Positions 1 to 13,521 of a stretch of 64,000 bases of DNA are shown piece by piece. Source of the stretch: Cirrosporium novae-zelandiae (Eukaryota); NCBI GenBank assembly GCA_026023565.1, contig JAPETS010000014.1:248001-312000 (forward strand), written 5' to 3'. Position numbers and translations under genes: made by a program. The first letter of the stretch is position 1. Every line of letters starts with the position of its first letter. The notes under the pieces were generated by a model that was not told the DNA's origin, searched no databases, and saw nothing but the letters and a program-made list of their open reading frames with translations.

Positions 1-1
1 C

Positions 2-631
2 GTTACCCTAGCAGAATCCTACAATCTCAAAACAGCAACCCAGCACAACCTAGCCACAGCATTAAAAGTCCCCTCGGACATCAACGTCCTCTTCCTCCTC
101 TCTGTCCCCTCGGCCCTCAAATCTACGCTCCTCCGGACCGCAAAACTTCTTACCTACACCCCCACCAACGAGCACTTCGGCATCGTGCCCGTAGAAGCAA
201 TGCAAGTCGGCCTTCCCGTACTCGCAGCCGATAGCGGCGGCCCCCTAGAAACAATCGAAGAGAATATTACGGGCTGGCACCGCGACCCGCAGGACACCAA
301 AGCCTGGACGGCTATCATGCGGAAGGTCCTGCACGAAATGAGCGAGGAGGATCTCAGAACCATGGGCCAGAAGGGAAAAGAAAAGGTTCAGCGCGAGTTC
401 ACGGAGGAGATGATGGCGGGGCGGTTGGATGGGTATATTGAGGAGATGGTGCGGAGGCCCAGGAGTCAGGCTATGGGTCTTCCGGACCTTTTGTTGATAA
501 TCGGCGCGCTGGGGGTCGTGGCCATCGCCTTCATCTCCATCGCTACTAAGTTCCTACTCGGGGGGTTTAGGGATCAGAGGGTGTGGTGGCAATCGCCGCC
601 AAAAGACGGAGCCGCGAGGAGCGAGTTATAG
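2..631 (+). CDS. ALG2: Alpha-1,3/1,6-mannosyltransferase ALG2, 3' part (5' end lies outside the window)
   Basis: Frame is open from position 2 and reads ...LLTYTPTNEHFGIVPVEAMQVGLPVLAADSGGPLETI, the GT4 EX7E region typical of Alg2; C-terminal hydrophobic segment; stop TAG at 629-631. Confidence 0.9.
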   Translation, partial: VTLAESYNLKTATQHNLATALKVPSDINVLFLLSVPSALKSTLLRTAKLLTYTPTNEHFGIVPVEAMQVGLPVLAADSGGPLETIEENITGWHRDPQDTKAWTAIMRKVLHEMSEEDLRTMGQKGKEKVQREFTEEMMAGRLDGYIEEMVRRPRSQAMGLPDLLLIIGALGVVAIAFISIATKFLLGGFRDQRVWWQSPPKDGAARSEL

Positions 632-645
632 ATCCCTTGAGCAAG

Positions 646-670
646 AAAGAGAGAGAGAGAGAAAGAGAGA
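646..670. repeat. (GA)n microsatellite
   Basis: Run of agagagagag... seen directly. Confidence 0.85.
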
Positions 671-956
671 ATGGAAATACTAGAGATTAGAATATGAAAG
701 TCAGGATATCCTAGCCTGTCAGTCCGTCAACAAGAAGCGAGCCCTTTTTGACTCGGTTCTTACAGCTACTGCTGTTGTAGGTGTATATAATTAACACATT
801 TTTCGTTCCAATTCCTTGCTTGCTTGCAGACATGCTATGCATATGATGATGACTGATGATTCAAATACAACGAATCCACCACCTCCTCCTTCCCCCCTCT
901 CCCCAATCCCTTCTCGGCCTAGACTAAGGAGTTTCAATTCCGGTTTTCATATACTC

Positions 957-1022
957 TATATATATATATATATATGTGTGTGTATGTGTGTGTGTGTGTA
1001 TGTGTGTGTATGTGTATGTATA
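957..1022. repeat. Compound (TA)n/(TG)n microsatellite
   Basis: tatatatata...tgtgtgtgtatgtgtg between the convergent ALG2 and EME1 3' ends. Confidence 0.9.
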
Positions 1023-1167
1023 CGCATCTGCATGATTTCTTTCATGTAGAAGCAAAAGAGAAGAAAGAAAGAAAAAAACAAGAATAGTAAAATAAAAACC
1101 GAAACGCAAACGCAACTCCATAAACTATACAATCATCGATCCTTCCCCCCCCCTTCTAAAAAATAAA

Positions 1168-3603
1168 TCAAATATTTGTAGCCTCCTCGTCCTCCCCCAA
1201 AAATACCCTCGCGATCCTCCTCGCCAGCGCGGGTCCGATTCTCGCATCCGTTCGTCCTCCATTAGCATTCGAGCACTTCTCTAGGTTCTCTAGCAGCGCC
1301 GGCCCCTTCTCCCTCAACCCCTTTACCAATCCCATAACCCCCCCGACCTCCGCGGCAACCGCATGCGCCACCCCCGGCGTCACGCGCATAATCTCCTGCA
1401 GCATGCGTACGAACGTGTCGTTCGCATCATCACCCGTTCGTACCTGACCGGTTTCCATGCAGAAGCCGATGGCGAGGTTGGCGTTTATCCTGGCGCGTCG
1501 GTAGGGGATCGTGGATATGTGTGACGTGAAGTGGGTTATCCATTCGGAGGTGGAGAGGGGGTTGGGGGTGTGGTGGATGAGACAGTTGTAGTGGATTTGG
1601 AGGCGGAGGAGGGAGTCAGAGATTAGATCTGGGTTGGTGTATTTTGTGGGTTTGGCGGGGATCGGGGTTTGAGAGGATGATGGGGTGGTGGTGGAGGTGG
1701 GGCATTTGCGGCGGTGGGCTGTTAAGGCGACGGTGTTGGCGTTGCTGTCATCGAGAGTTGTGGAGGGGATCTGGGCACGGACGGCCGCTTGGTAGGAGCG
1801 GTTGAGTGCATTTTTGTTTTTGCGCAGCCAGATGTCGAGGCCTTCGATGAGGTAGATGGGCTTACGGTTGGGGAAGGTTGAGCTCAGTGTGTAGACATGC
1901 GCGTCAAGGGCTTTGTTGGGATCAGCAGATGTAGAGTCTGGGACTACAAGATCAACGAATTCCTTTGCGGTTAGGAGAACCAAGATGTGCTCTTCGTCTT
2001 CAATGCGCAGTGGTGCTGGCTCCCAATATCCGATTTGTTCATTGAAGTTGGAGTTTACCTTACGGCGCCATTTGACAACGTTGCGGATGGGGCAATCGAA
2101 GAAAGAGTATTCCACAGATTGGCCCTTCAGGAATGCGTCAACTTGGATCCCGATATCCGTGCCTTGGAATGATGATGAAAGATCTACGATCATCTCGGGA
2201 ATCGAATCCTTCTTATGCATCTTGGATTTGTTGACTTCAGCAATGGCGGCAGCAGCTTGCTTTGCTCGAGTTTTCTCCTCCTTGAATTTCTGCTTCCTGG
2301 CCTTTTCCTCCTCCTGGACTTTCCGCCGTTGCGCCCTCTCTTCCTCGCGCTTGCGCGCTTTGGCTTCTGCGGCCGCAGGATCCGGATTGGCTTTTTTGGA
2401 TCTAGACTTTCTAGAGGTCTTGGTTCGAGAGTCAGTATCCTCGTCATCAGAACTGTCAGTAATAGCTTCCAGGCTTGCAAATGTTCCATCGAACTTAGGT
2501 CGTTTCTTGCGTACTTCGCCACGCTTCTTCGCAGTCGACTTTTTATCTAGTGTGGCCAGCAATGCGGCTGTACGATCAGAGTACTGCGCTTCAAACGTTG
2601 GGAGTTTATAAATATCAGTAATATCTTCGTCTATGGGCAGAAAATCATCAAGGTCATCCTCTACATCTAAAGGAAACTTGTCCTTCTTCTCGGGCCTTCT
2701 TCCACGCTTGGAGGCAGTTGTATAATCAGGTGAAGACGTGAATATTATAGGGTCAGAATCCATAACTTGCCGAAGTTTCTTTGATGCTTCTTTTGTCGTA
2801 TTTGGATCAGAAGCTGGTTCTTCTCTTGCTAGTGGTAACTTTTCTTTGGCTGGAATAGCCCTTTCTAACGTTGAGGGTGGTTGCTGATATGCATCTGACG
2901 TGATTTTGAATGGGGTATTATGGCGCGTAGGTACGGACATACCGGCTTCCTTAGAAGGAGACTTTCCTCCTAGACTTCTCGTGGGTGAAACACTAGACAT
3001 CCCTCTCTTGCCTGTTGGCCTTGAGCCATATTGTCCATAAGATGATGAATTACAATCAAATCTTGTAGTCATAAAGCTAGGTAACACATAGTTTTTTGGT
3101 ATCGATGAAGTCCTTGAAAATAATGTTTTCATCCTTGCTAAGTCTTTGAAGCCTGACGAGGCTTCGTCTTGAAGGTATATCCCACTATCATGGCGCGAAA
3201 TGCTAGATGACCGCTCCTTAATTCTCGAAATATTTGACGATGAGGCTGCTGTTGCCTTTATTGGCTCCTGGATAGATCGCGATGCGTAAATATCTAAATC
3301 ACTATCCGAATCTTTCCCACTATAATTGTCTCCAAAAGCTGAAGGGATCCCTCCATTCGAATGTTCAGTTCTTGCACCAGGCGTATTCGTCTTTACTACA
3401 GCAGGCCCCATTTCTGGTGGACTCAATTTTTGCCTCTTGCTGCTAGGGTGAATATCCCATTCATCATCCAGATTTATGGTGGTATCGAAATCATCAGAAT
3501 TAAAGTGGACGGCCTCATTTGCAGTCGAAGTTGGCCTAGGTGGAGTAGGTTGCCTAGAAGGCTCAGGACTCGAATCGCAAAGGTCAATAAACACGGCGGC
3601 CAT
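1168..3603 (-). CDS. EME1: Crossover junction endonuclease subunit EME1/MMS4 (ERCC4 domain, Mus81 partner)
   Basis: Single long ORF; first ATG at 3603 (MAAVFIDLCDSSP). A lysine-rich coil precedes EMIVDL...VVKWRRKV...IYLIEGL...LLRLQIHY...ISTIPY...FCMETGQVRTG...RIGPALARRI, the layout of fungal Eme1. Confidence 0.88.
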   Translation of the reverse strand: MAAVFIDLCDSSPEPSRQPTPPRPTSTANEAVHFNSDDFDTTINLDDEWDIHPSSKRQKLSPPEMGPAVVKTNTPGARTEHSNGGIPSAFGDNYSGKDSDSDLDIYASRSIQEPIKATAASSSNISRIKERSSSISRHDSGIYLQDEASSGFKDLARMKTLFSRTSSIPKNYVLPSFMTTRFDCNSSSYGQYGSRPTGKRGMSSVSPTRSLGGKSPSKEAGMSVPTRHNTPFKITSDAYQQPPSTLERAIPAKEKLPLAREEPASDPNTTKEASKKLRQVMDSDPIIFTSSPDYTTASKRGRRPEKKDKFPLDVEDDLDDFLPIDEDITDIYKLPTFEAQYSDRTAALLATLDKKSTAKKRGEVRKKRPKFDGTFASLEAITDSSDDEDTDSRTKTSRKSRSKKANPDPAAAEAKARKREEERAQRRKVQEEEKARKQKFKEEKTRAKQAAAAIAEVNKSKMHKKDSIPEMIVDLSSSFQGTDIGIQVDAFLKGQSVEYSFFDCPIRNVVKWRRKVNSNFNEQIGYWEPAPLRIEDEEHILVLLTAKEFVDLVVPDSTSADPNKALDAHVYTLSSTFPNRKPIYLIEGLDIWLRKNKNALNRSYQAAVRAQIPSTTLDDSNANTVALTAHRRKCPTSTTTPSSSQTPIPAKPTKYTNPDLISDSLLRLQIHYNCLIHHTPNPLSTSEWITHFTSHISTIPYRRARINANLAIGFCMETGQVRTGDDANDTFVRMLQEIMRVTPGVAHAVAAEVGGVMGLVKGLREKGPALLENLEKCSNANGGRTDARIGPALARRIARVFLGEDEEATNI

Positions 3604-5228
3604 CTCATAATAAGAATAATTCAAGTTCAAGCAGAGGCCAACATCGCTAGTAGTTTTCACGGGAAGGTCTTCAGACGGATGAAACTCGATTAGAAATCAG
3701 AAGCATACTAAAGCAAAAGTGAGCAGAAGCCACTGGAAATGCAATGGTTTCGAGACACAAAAGCAATTGTTATCTTAGTACTGCAAGAAGGTGTTTGGCA
3801 ATAAACACCGTTGGCACGATAGAAGTATTGTGTCGCGCAGTCACGTGATTTGCTTATAATTATGACAATCCATCTTGCCTGCTATGCTCTTTGATACTCT
3901 TTTCTCTATTTTTCTCAAAACTTTGATTTTGGATTGAAATCTTTGCCTCTTCTATAATTCTTTATTATAAAGTTGCTCTCATCCATCTTACATGGGACAT
4001 AAAATTTCGAACAATAACAGCTTGCCCCTGGCATCCCCTTGCTATCATGTCGCTCTGACTTGTTAACGAAGGGTGAAGATAGAGGTATACTAAGAACAGG
4101 GCTTTTCTTTGCTCAAAGAACCCGCTTGGTCGTATGGTCATCGTTTTCTCTATTCGTATCATAGGAAAATCCTCTGACTATTGACTTTGTGTTAAACTGA
4201 ATGTATGCCGGCAGACAACGTCTTCCAACTTTATATGGTGGCCGTCACGCTTGCCCATATTTTGAGTTCTATGTTCTTATGGCTCGGATTTCTAAACCTG
4301 CCTTAAGAATATAACTCCCCATTGCTATATTTGGTTCCTTGTCCTAGTTTAGTTGGAAACTCTACTCATCCCCGGTTGAAGGAACCTACAGTTAAGATAC
4401 TAAACACAGGTGAAAAGGCGCATGGTAGTGAATATGGATTCGCCTCTAGGTGAACTCGTGCCACAGTATACATACAAGTTATAGCAGAAAATTGGTCTCC
4501 TAAACTCAATTTAACTATCTATTCCATATGCCCAAGCTTCCGGTATCTACTAAGACGGCAGAGGATTATAAGCATATATTCTCGCTTTTTAGTCGTCTCA
4601 TAGGCAATTCCCTTCACAGGGGCCGCCTTCTTTACTGGAGGTTCTACGGGCGCTTTGATGAAGATCCCATTATCAAGGCCATAAAAAAGGAACTCTATTG
4701 TTCGCGCAGGTTATCGAGGAAGCGTCTAGCTGAGACATCCCACCTCGATGTATCGTATTCATCTTTCTTTATCAGTTTCTCAGCGTCAATAGCCCTATAT
4801 ATCAAAGCCGGACATATTCTGAGATTTCACGGGCTCAAAAAGATGAAGATCTTTGAAGAGATATTGCTGCTAAACAGTTATAAATTTGTCGTCCAATGGA
4901 TAACGTTCCAGATATTCACAACAATAGCGACATAGCTTTATACCCTCTCAACGAGTTTAACAACACTGGGCGCTTTCAAAATTAGTACACCTCCGGTTTA
5001 TCGTGTTCCATCATACGTGGAGTATTAAAAGACTCGGCGCAGAGGTACAGGCAGCTTCACATATATCTCAACTTGTAAAACATCACTAATAGTATGGTGT
5101 GTGTGATCTTGGCGAAGACACTAGGTAGTCAGACATTTAAACCGATAAAACCCCTCATAGCGCGGGGTAGTGGCTGGTATACCAGAAAAACGGGGGGTAT
5201 ATCTGGTAGAAGGAGATTCTACCACCCC

Positions 5229-7133
5229 TTAGGTAACAATCAGGTCCCATCCAAGTTCCCGAAGGACTTCAAACCAATCTTTTCTTTGGCTGAAGGTTGC
5301 TGAAGATTCCCAAACTCGTTGTACAACTTCTCGTGCCTTTCCGATGTTCCCGATTCCGATATTCTGTTCTAGGACCAAGAGTCTCTTTACAACAACTTTA
5401 AACTGTGTCAAATCGGTTGTCTCGCACCCAGCGAGGAAAAGAGGAAGTACCAATGCAGATTCGCAATAATCCCCCTCAGGGATCCCCCGAATAGTTTCAA
5501 GACAGTGCGAGATTGCGTCCTCTTTTGAGCACCCAAACCGTATGTTAGGTATAAGTGTACTGCTGTAGTATTTAGCATAATCTAATGCATTATATGCCAG
5601 CCGTCCAAGGACAAAATGCAAGTAGATGTAAGCCGCATAGCGATAAGTATTTGCTACCATTTCAAGACGTTTCAAGCTCGTGACTGAAACTCCTTGCGGG
5701 ACCGCATAAGCTCCTGAGGAACAATCCCAAGCATTGAGGGTCTCATCGCTAATTGTTGTGAGCACTATTATCCACCGACGGGTCTAAGAACATACATTTC
5801 TTTAAGTTCTCCAATTAATTCCCCGGCTTCAGACTTATGATTGTATCCTTTGTGGAAAATATTATAAATCCTAGCAATTATTTTCAGGAGATCTTCTGAC
5901 AATCCCATGTAGGAATCTAAAGTAGGAGGATTGTTTCTTTCAAGTTTGAGAGAATAATCTTCTGGCGCAATGCAGTCACTAATTGCGTCATTGCGAATAT
6001 CTGTAACGCCAGCAATGTTGCGATGATATGTGGTACTGTTCGGTTAGAAATAATCCGAGAAAAAATTGGACGACTAAAGATTATATGTAAGGTGATTTAA
6101 CTTACAAACTTCTCAGGAAGGCCTTGGTCTGCGAATTATGAGATGAGTCTCCTCCCTGTAGTTGTATAAGCCGCTCTAAGCCCGAAAGATGCTGCCGCCA
6201 CTGATGTGTACTTCCTTTTACTATTTCATATTTGCATAGTATTGCTGAGGTAAGGACAATCTCGTCAGATACATTGCGCCCCGCCAGGTTGGTCACTCTA
6301 TTTTGACTATACATTGATAATGACCTGTTTAGTTTAGTCAATGCTTGAGCATAGAAAGTGATAGCAGATCTCCTCGTGTTTGAATGAGATGTTGATAATT
6401 GCATCGACATATGGCAAGCTGACACAGCACATAGTGCATTGAGAAGCATTGGTGATGAAAAAGCAGCTTGTACAAGTAATGTGCGGAGCGGATTTGAAGG
6501 AGAATCCATCATGACCAAAGCAGGACAGAGCCGTTCGACATGATATTGGATAAAGTAAATGCTATCAGATGGTGCCTCTGGAACTATTGTTGGATGATGC
6601 ATAGGAGAAAATTCTGGTAGTGATGGGAAAACAGTATGGCTAAAGGTCCTCGATAACCCAGAAATCATCGCCGAACTTGTCAACGTCTGTGGCCTACTAG
6701 ATCCTACGCCTTCATCTGGCGCTCCATGCGACCCAGGCATCCAGAATATCATATCTCCATGTTGGGTTCTGGTTTCATCTTTACTATTATTTGGGGGGTC
6801 CAAAAATTCCACTGTGTTTAAATCCTGGGTAGAAATCGAATAGGATGAAGAGTCTCGACGAGAATGAGCATTTCGCTGTATAGAGTGGGGTTTGCTAATA
6901 ATTGGATTTGTCCATAAAAGGTCATAACCTTCGCATTGTAATTTGAGTCGTTGGCAGTTGTGACAGCTAGATAATGAGGATACAACTTATTAGTATTTAA
7001 CAGAGGCAAAATAAACTCATAAAAGGGAGGCAACTCACGTTGGTTTTCCTTCGTCACACTTCTTTCGACGGCGTTTACAAGTTGCGCATCCAGTCCTAGA
7101 CCAACTAGACTGCCTCTGTCTCGCAGATTGCAT
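5229..7133 (-). CDS. Zn(II)2Cys6 transcription factor with fungal-specific TF domain; 4 exons
   Basis: Spliced N-terminus reads MQSARQRQSSWSRTGCATCKRRRKKCDEGKPT|CHNCQRLKLQCEGY (six Cys). Three GT-AG introns join it in frame to ORFs 6102-6812 and 5229-5765 (W..HL.G, PLFLAGCE, DWFEVLRELGWDL). Confidence 0.9.
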
Positions 7134-7602
7134 GATGAAATATTTCAATAACGTTTATGTAGTTGCCAATATGAATGGCCCCCCAATATCAATATTGGGG
7201 GTTGCTCTAATGTTTCAGCGTATCATATTCAAGTATTTTTGTCAGCGGATGCGCCAAAGTGCCTTAAATATCTTTCGTAATTGGAGCTAGAGAACATCGG
7301 TCATTAAAAATATAATTCTAGTTATCCGTTATCTCGATAACCATTCAAACCGGTTACAGTCTTAGTTCCAAAAACTCTAGTATCAAAATATATTAAAAAC
7401 TTAACGAAAATGATAAATCATGACCACAACCCGAATTCATTCTTGATTCAATCTAATTCAACCCTAGGCTGCAATCTCGCAACAATACCTAACTTATCTG
7501 AAATCAATTTGGATTCTACTCCTCACATCTCATTTTGCCTAATTCCCTTTGATGTAAATACTCCTCCTAGACTCCCTCCATACTCCCTCTATACTCGTCG
7601 TC

Positions 7603-8591
7603 TTACTTCTTCTCTGTAGTTTCAGGAGATCGTGATATCCCATTGGAGCTGGAGTTGGGCTCTCTAATCATAATGTCCATGAAGACAGGCTTCTCCGAAC
7701 GGCTGAGTGCAACTTTTCTCGCAACATTGAAGCCCATTTTGCCATAAATAATTGGGTTTATATCATTGCTGGACTCAAGATAGCATGCTTGGTTGTGTTT
7801 GTCGGCCTATATATGCATACCATCAATTAGCTCCTATTCTTAGCATTCTGGTTCCTTAATAGAATGACTACATCGGACCCTTTAACCTAGCTCTTAAGAG
7901 TCTACTTACTTCCCTAGTAACAAACTCGATGACTTGCCTGGCCAATCCCTTGCCCCTGGCCTCGGGTCTCGTACCAATGTACACGAGATACCAAGAAGTG
8001 TTATCACGAGGACCCATTACTACTTCCTTAGTATCATGGAGCAGTGGAAGAAATTCTTGGAAAAAGCGTTTTCGACCTTCTGGAGAAAGTTGGTATCTCA
8101 AACGCCACATGCCGCTGCGCAAAATGGTTAGATGATCGTCCATGTTCCTGCCTGGAGGCATCCTAGATGATTTAATTTAGCATGTGGCCCCTGTTTCTGG
8201 ATCTCTTTACTGGAACTTTTCATTGCCCGAGTCTTGATTATTCATGACAATAAGGGAGCAGAAGAATGACACTTTTCTCAACATACCAGAGTCCTACGCA
8301 CTCATAATTATCACCCGCCGTAACTACCAGCCCTTTCAACAGGTGCGCATATACCACATATTCGAGCATTTTTAAATGCAGCTCCCACTTCTCCTTAGCA
8401 GTCCAAGTTGTGGTATCAGGTGCGTCAACAAAGTAGCGGGCTACATCATCATGCTCAAACGCGATAGCTAATGAGTATGCTACAGCTTTCCATTCATGGA
8501 GAGAGAGTACACGTGCTGAACCACTGGTCTGGGAAGATATCAAGCTTTGAGATGATTCGGCACTCCAAACGTTAGAGAAAATTTGCCCCAT
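7603..8591 (-). CDS. GNAT family N-acetyltransferase; 3 exons
   Basis: WYLVYIGTRPEARGKGLAR acetyl-CoA-binding motif A; last exon CYLESSNDINPIIYGKMGF; introns at ~8286-8165 and ~7910-7807; stop at 7603-7605. Confidence 0.88.
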
Positions 8592-9974
8592 TCTGTTGAC
8601 TGTACAATAACTTCTCTAAGATAGGAACGTGGTTGCTTGTTTGGTTTTGAAAATGGTTTTCCTAAGCTTGAGGTTATATGTACTAGCCGCTTTAAAAAAT
8701 TTCTGGTCGCGAGGCTTTTAAAAAGGCAAAAGATCTTTAGAAATCAATATAGTTCACGGTTCATCAATAGGTCTAGTAGAATCGCCTGTATGATTCTGCG
8801 AAAGTTGCGATCTTGAGATGTTTGTAACCCTAGAGGGAAAGCGGAGACAGGTGCAGGATTGGCGTATATCAACCGACATCAAGAGGATGTGTGCTGAATA
8901 TCAAGATGTCAAGGGGTTTTCGGGGATAGAAAGATCGATCGAGACCCGGGTTTGGAGGTCTTTGTATTTGAATTAATAGCGCAATGTAGGTCTATGAGTA
9001 AAAGTTCTTGTGCCCCTATGGATAATAAATTGATTGGAAAAGCGAAGTAGGGTAGAAGGCGTAAGCCTTCTGGAATAAGCAAGCAATGAGGTAGGTATAT
9101 GTTGTCAATCACAATGTTTGCGTGGATTTCCAACAAACGGAGAAGAAGAAAGGAAAGACGAGTGGGAGGTACTAGATATAGTCCCAAGGTAACGGTACAT
9201 TTGAAGGTCGGCCAAAAAAACCCATAGTTTCTTGCAGGTGATGGTACCTGTACCAGCTACTAGCAAATATTCTCATGCAAGCTGGGAAGTTGGGACTAAT
9301 GAAAATCACGAGAAGAGGTATCATACGGGCTTGGGAGGGAGCAAACAGAAGCCACCAATGCATATTGCAGCTCACTTACAGACCAAGATGACGATAACGG
9401 CGGGGCCATATTTCGTAGATACAGATGACTCTCAGCGATAAGCCCCGATTGAATCTTTGGGCTCTTAGACACAGAACAAGACGCGGCTGAGAGAGACATT
9501 GCAAACCAAAAGCAATCAAGGCGATACTAGGGTTTCTCCACATATTGAGGATACAATATGCCAAAATGGGATTAACAACCATTCCATTTAAAGAGAGCTC
9601 GGAGTTTGTTTTGTGTTTTGGGATCATGTTGGAGGACGGATCGCGCAAAGGGATGTTATTCGCTGCATCCTCTTTCGCGTGTACCTACTAAGTTTGGAAT
9701 AATCAGCTTTTGCAAAGTCTGACCCTTGAGTCCGAATCACTGCATACACAATCGTCGTCATCATCCACCCCATCTCTCGCTGATTGCACGCCTCCAGAAC
9801 CACCAGCCGTGAAACTTTCATGCTTGTGTATTATTATCTTATCAATTCATGCTGCTGACTTTGACCCAATTGGCACAGGACACCTTCTATCTATAACTCT
9901 ATATGCCTTCTGTGGGTCTGACTGAGAAGCTTAATATAAGTAGGACCATGCCTGATAACACAGCGTATGCTGGC

Positions 9975-10870
<896 letters not shown>

Positions 10871-11304
10871 TATCACACAGAACCTTGAGTCTAGAAGGGG
10901 ATGTTTACTGAAAATAGAAGAAGAGAAAGTGGATGTCTATTGCTTTGGGCAATAGTGAGTTGTTATAGAGATGAGTAGATTAATAGCAGAAACAGGTCAG
11001 GTATCATGAATAAATAGACTTAGGGAAGAAGAGAAAAGAGGGGAGATTTGGTGTGACAAAGTGGAAATCAGTCTATCTGAAAAGTAACGGAGCGAAGTGA
11101 AACTTTGATTGAACCCTCGAAAGCCTGAAAGAAAGTAACTGTGGTACGTGCACCAATCAGCCAATCATACACATTGGAAATGCCCCCACCAAAAAAATCA
11201 AGGGCCTGGGATCTTCCTATCGATAACGGTTACACGTAAAAAAAAAAGTTCAAATTTCAACAAGTTCACACTTTCACAGTTTCGCATTTCTTCTACAATT
11301 CAGG

Positions 11305-13366
11305 ATGGGCAAAACCAAGAGGAAAGATAAATCCCATCAGGGGCCAGACCCGGTTGCTGGACGACCTGTTAAACTACCCACTGACCCCGAAACTCTTGCC
11401 CTCCGTAACCAAAAGATTCTTCCCATTGTTGAAGCTCTAAAAAGCCTGGAACCCAAGAAAAGATCGGAGGCTGCAATTGCTATCACTAACTTGATTGATG
11501 ACGAAAAATGCCGGAAGCTTCTCCTAAGAGAAGGATTGGTGCAAATCCTCATTGGACAGACGCTGTCCGATTCTGACCCAAATGTACAAGTCGCCGGATG
11601 GGGTGTTGTGCGAAACCTAGCGCTTGAAGAAGGGCCTGACTTCTCTGTGCATCTCTACCGGCAGGGCATTCTTACTCCCCTTGAAAGTGCTCTGCAAATG
11701 GTACCATCCAATCATTTGATTTGTTTACAAAATCCCAGTATTCGAGGCTGATAAAGATATTCAGGTTTATACTACGATCCTCGCGCCGGACGCTTCCTTT
11801 CAAAAATTAAAAGTCTCAGAACAGCAGTCGGTCTGGTCAATGACAGAGTCTTTAATGAATATTCTTTCTTCACTGGCTTCTAGCACTGACGAGGTAGTCG
11901 TCCCTCTCTCAAATGCCAATCTGCTGCTGGAAATTCAAACTGAGCTTCTTACCTCGGACCTGGTTCTTGAAAACATTAAAGCATCCATATTATCGTATTT
12001 ACAAGCCATCACAGAAGACAATGATTTTATGACAGCAAAAATATCAGCCATCTCGAGGTTATGGTCTACACTATGCAAATACCAATCTCAGAAATCTCTT
12101 GCTGCAATTACAGCATGCGGCGTCCTCCTCAATGCCGCAGAATTGCATATTAAGAACCGATCCCTTCCTAAGCAGCAGAAGGAGCGTCTTGATATGATTA
12201 ACTTTGAAGACATTGTTGCGGCAATTGACTTGACGCTTGAAGATATCCGGAAGGCCGACCCGCAACAATTTATGGAATTAGCTAAACCGTTACACCTTAC
12301 ACTCGAAGTTGTGGCATCGTTTGCCACATTCATAGGGAGCTTGTCTACTGACCCATCTTCTGTTGATGACATTGAGTTTTCGGGATTCGACGACGACGAT
12401 CCTGCCACCGAAGACAATGACGGTGACATCGATCTTGATGAGATGGAGGCAATTTCAGGAGCGGCGGGTGGCGATTTTGAGGATCTAAAAGAAAACGATG
12501 CGATGGAAGTTGTGAATAAAAATGCAGAACAGAATAGTGCCGGATTGGTCAAAGATCCCCATAATGCTACAGATGTTCGGATGCATCTTATGGGTAGAAC
12601 CGTTCAACTCATTCTACCCTTCATTAAATCCAACAATTCATCAGTACTCAGTGATTCACTAAGTGCTCTAAACAATATTTGTTGGTCCCAACCCGAATAT
12701 AATGTACTCTTTGAATACTCGAAAAATATTCAACCAATTTGTCAGCAAATTTGGCAAGACTGCATCCGCCCCGTTATCTTGTCCAACACTGCAGATATCA
12801 CGCTTGCCTCTCAGATTACTACCCTTGCTTGGGGTCTAGCTAGATGTTCTAACCTCTATGTTTCGGATGAGGAATTAACAAAATTCATGGCGCTTTATCA
12901 GGCTTCTCGAACTCTCGGTTCACCCCCGAAAGTTCCAAACAACGGGAAGGCAAACCCTAATTCTAGCCTTTCCGCAACTAAGACTGTTGGCACATTGGGT
13001 CCGGCCTGCATCGGTCTCCTAGGGACTTTTGCCCGCCAGCCAGCCATCGCAATTCCTAGAAACCAAACCATAGGAACTTTTCTCGTCAAGCTCGTTGTGG
13101 ATCTCCCGGAGACACCTGCCGATGATGTGGTTGAGGCTCTGAATCAATTATTTGACATTTACGCTGACAAGGACTTTCCCTACGACGAGCCGGTGTTTGT
13201 GCAGGGCCAATTTCTAGGTCACTTGGAAGTTTCATTGCAGAAAGTACAGAAAATGGCTAAGAAGATTGACGAGAGGAAGGAACCCGAGGCGAGGAGTAGA
13301 GCGAATGAGGCAGTTTTGAATTTGAGGGCGTTTATCAAATACAAGAAACAAGAGCGAAGAGGGTAA
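11305..13366 (+). CDS. SYO1: Synchronized import protein 1 (ARM/HEAT import adaptor for Rpl5-Rpl11); 2 exons
   Basis: N-terminal MGKTKRK...DPV.GRPVKLPTDPE, ARM repeats, acidic loop and C-terminal LNQLFDIYAD...EAVLNLRAFIKYK; intron ~11701-11764. Confidence 0.8.
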
Positions 13367-13521
13367 AATGCTTTGTCGCAATCTTTCAAAATGGATCAGG
13401 GTCCGGAAAGCGGGTATTCGGTATAACGAGGCGTATTGAGAAAATTTTCGGATAATGGATGTTAATGGATGATGGCCAGGCTATGACCATGTTTTCGAAT
13501 AGACATAAATTCTTAGTTTAT

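Noticed and set aside
1913..2611. Long antisense ORFs (also 15106-15741, 23787-24356, 12088-12552)
   Set aside because: They are opposite-strand shadows of well-supported genes and have no recognisable motifs.
7652..7663. GAGTTGGGCTCT resembles the vertebrate telomerase RNA P6.1 stem-loop
   Set aside because: It lies antisense within the last GNAT exon (IREPNS), with no template or pseudoknot nearby; treated as chance.
9700..9768. Minus-strand ATGATGA...CTGA, a possible box C/D snoRNA
   Set aside because: Short, no terminal stem next to the boxes, and no rRNA or snRNA complementarity I could recognise.
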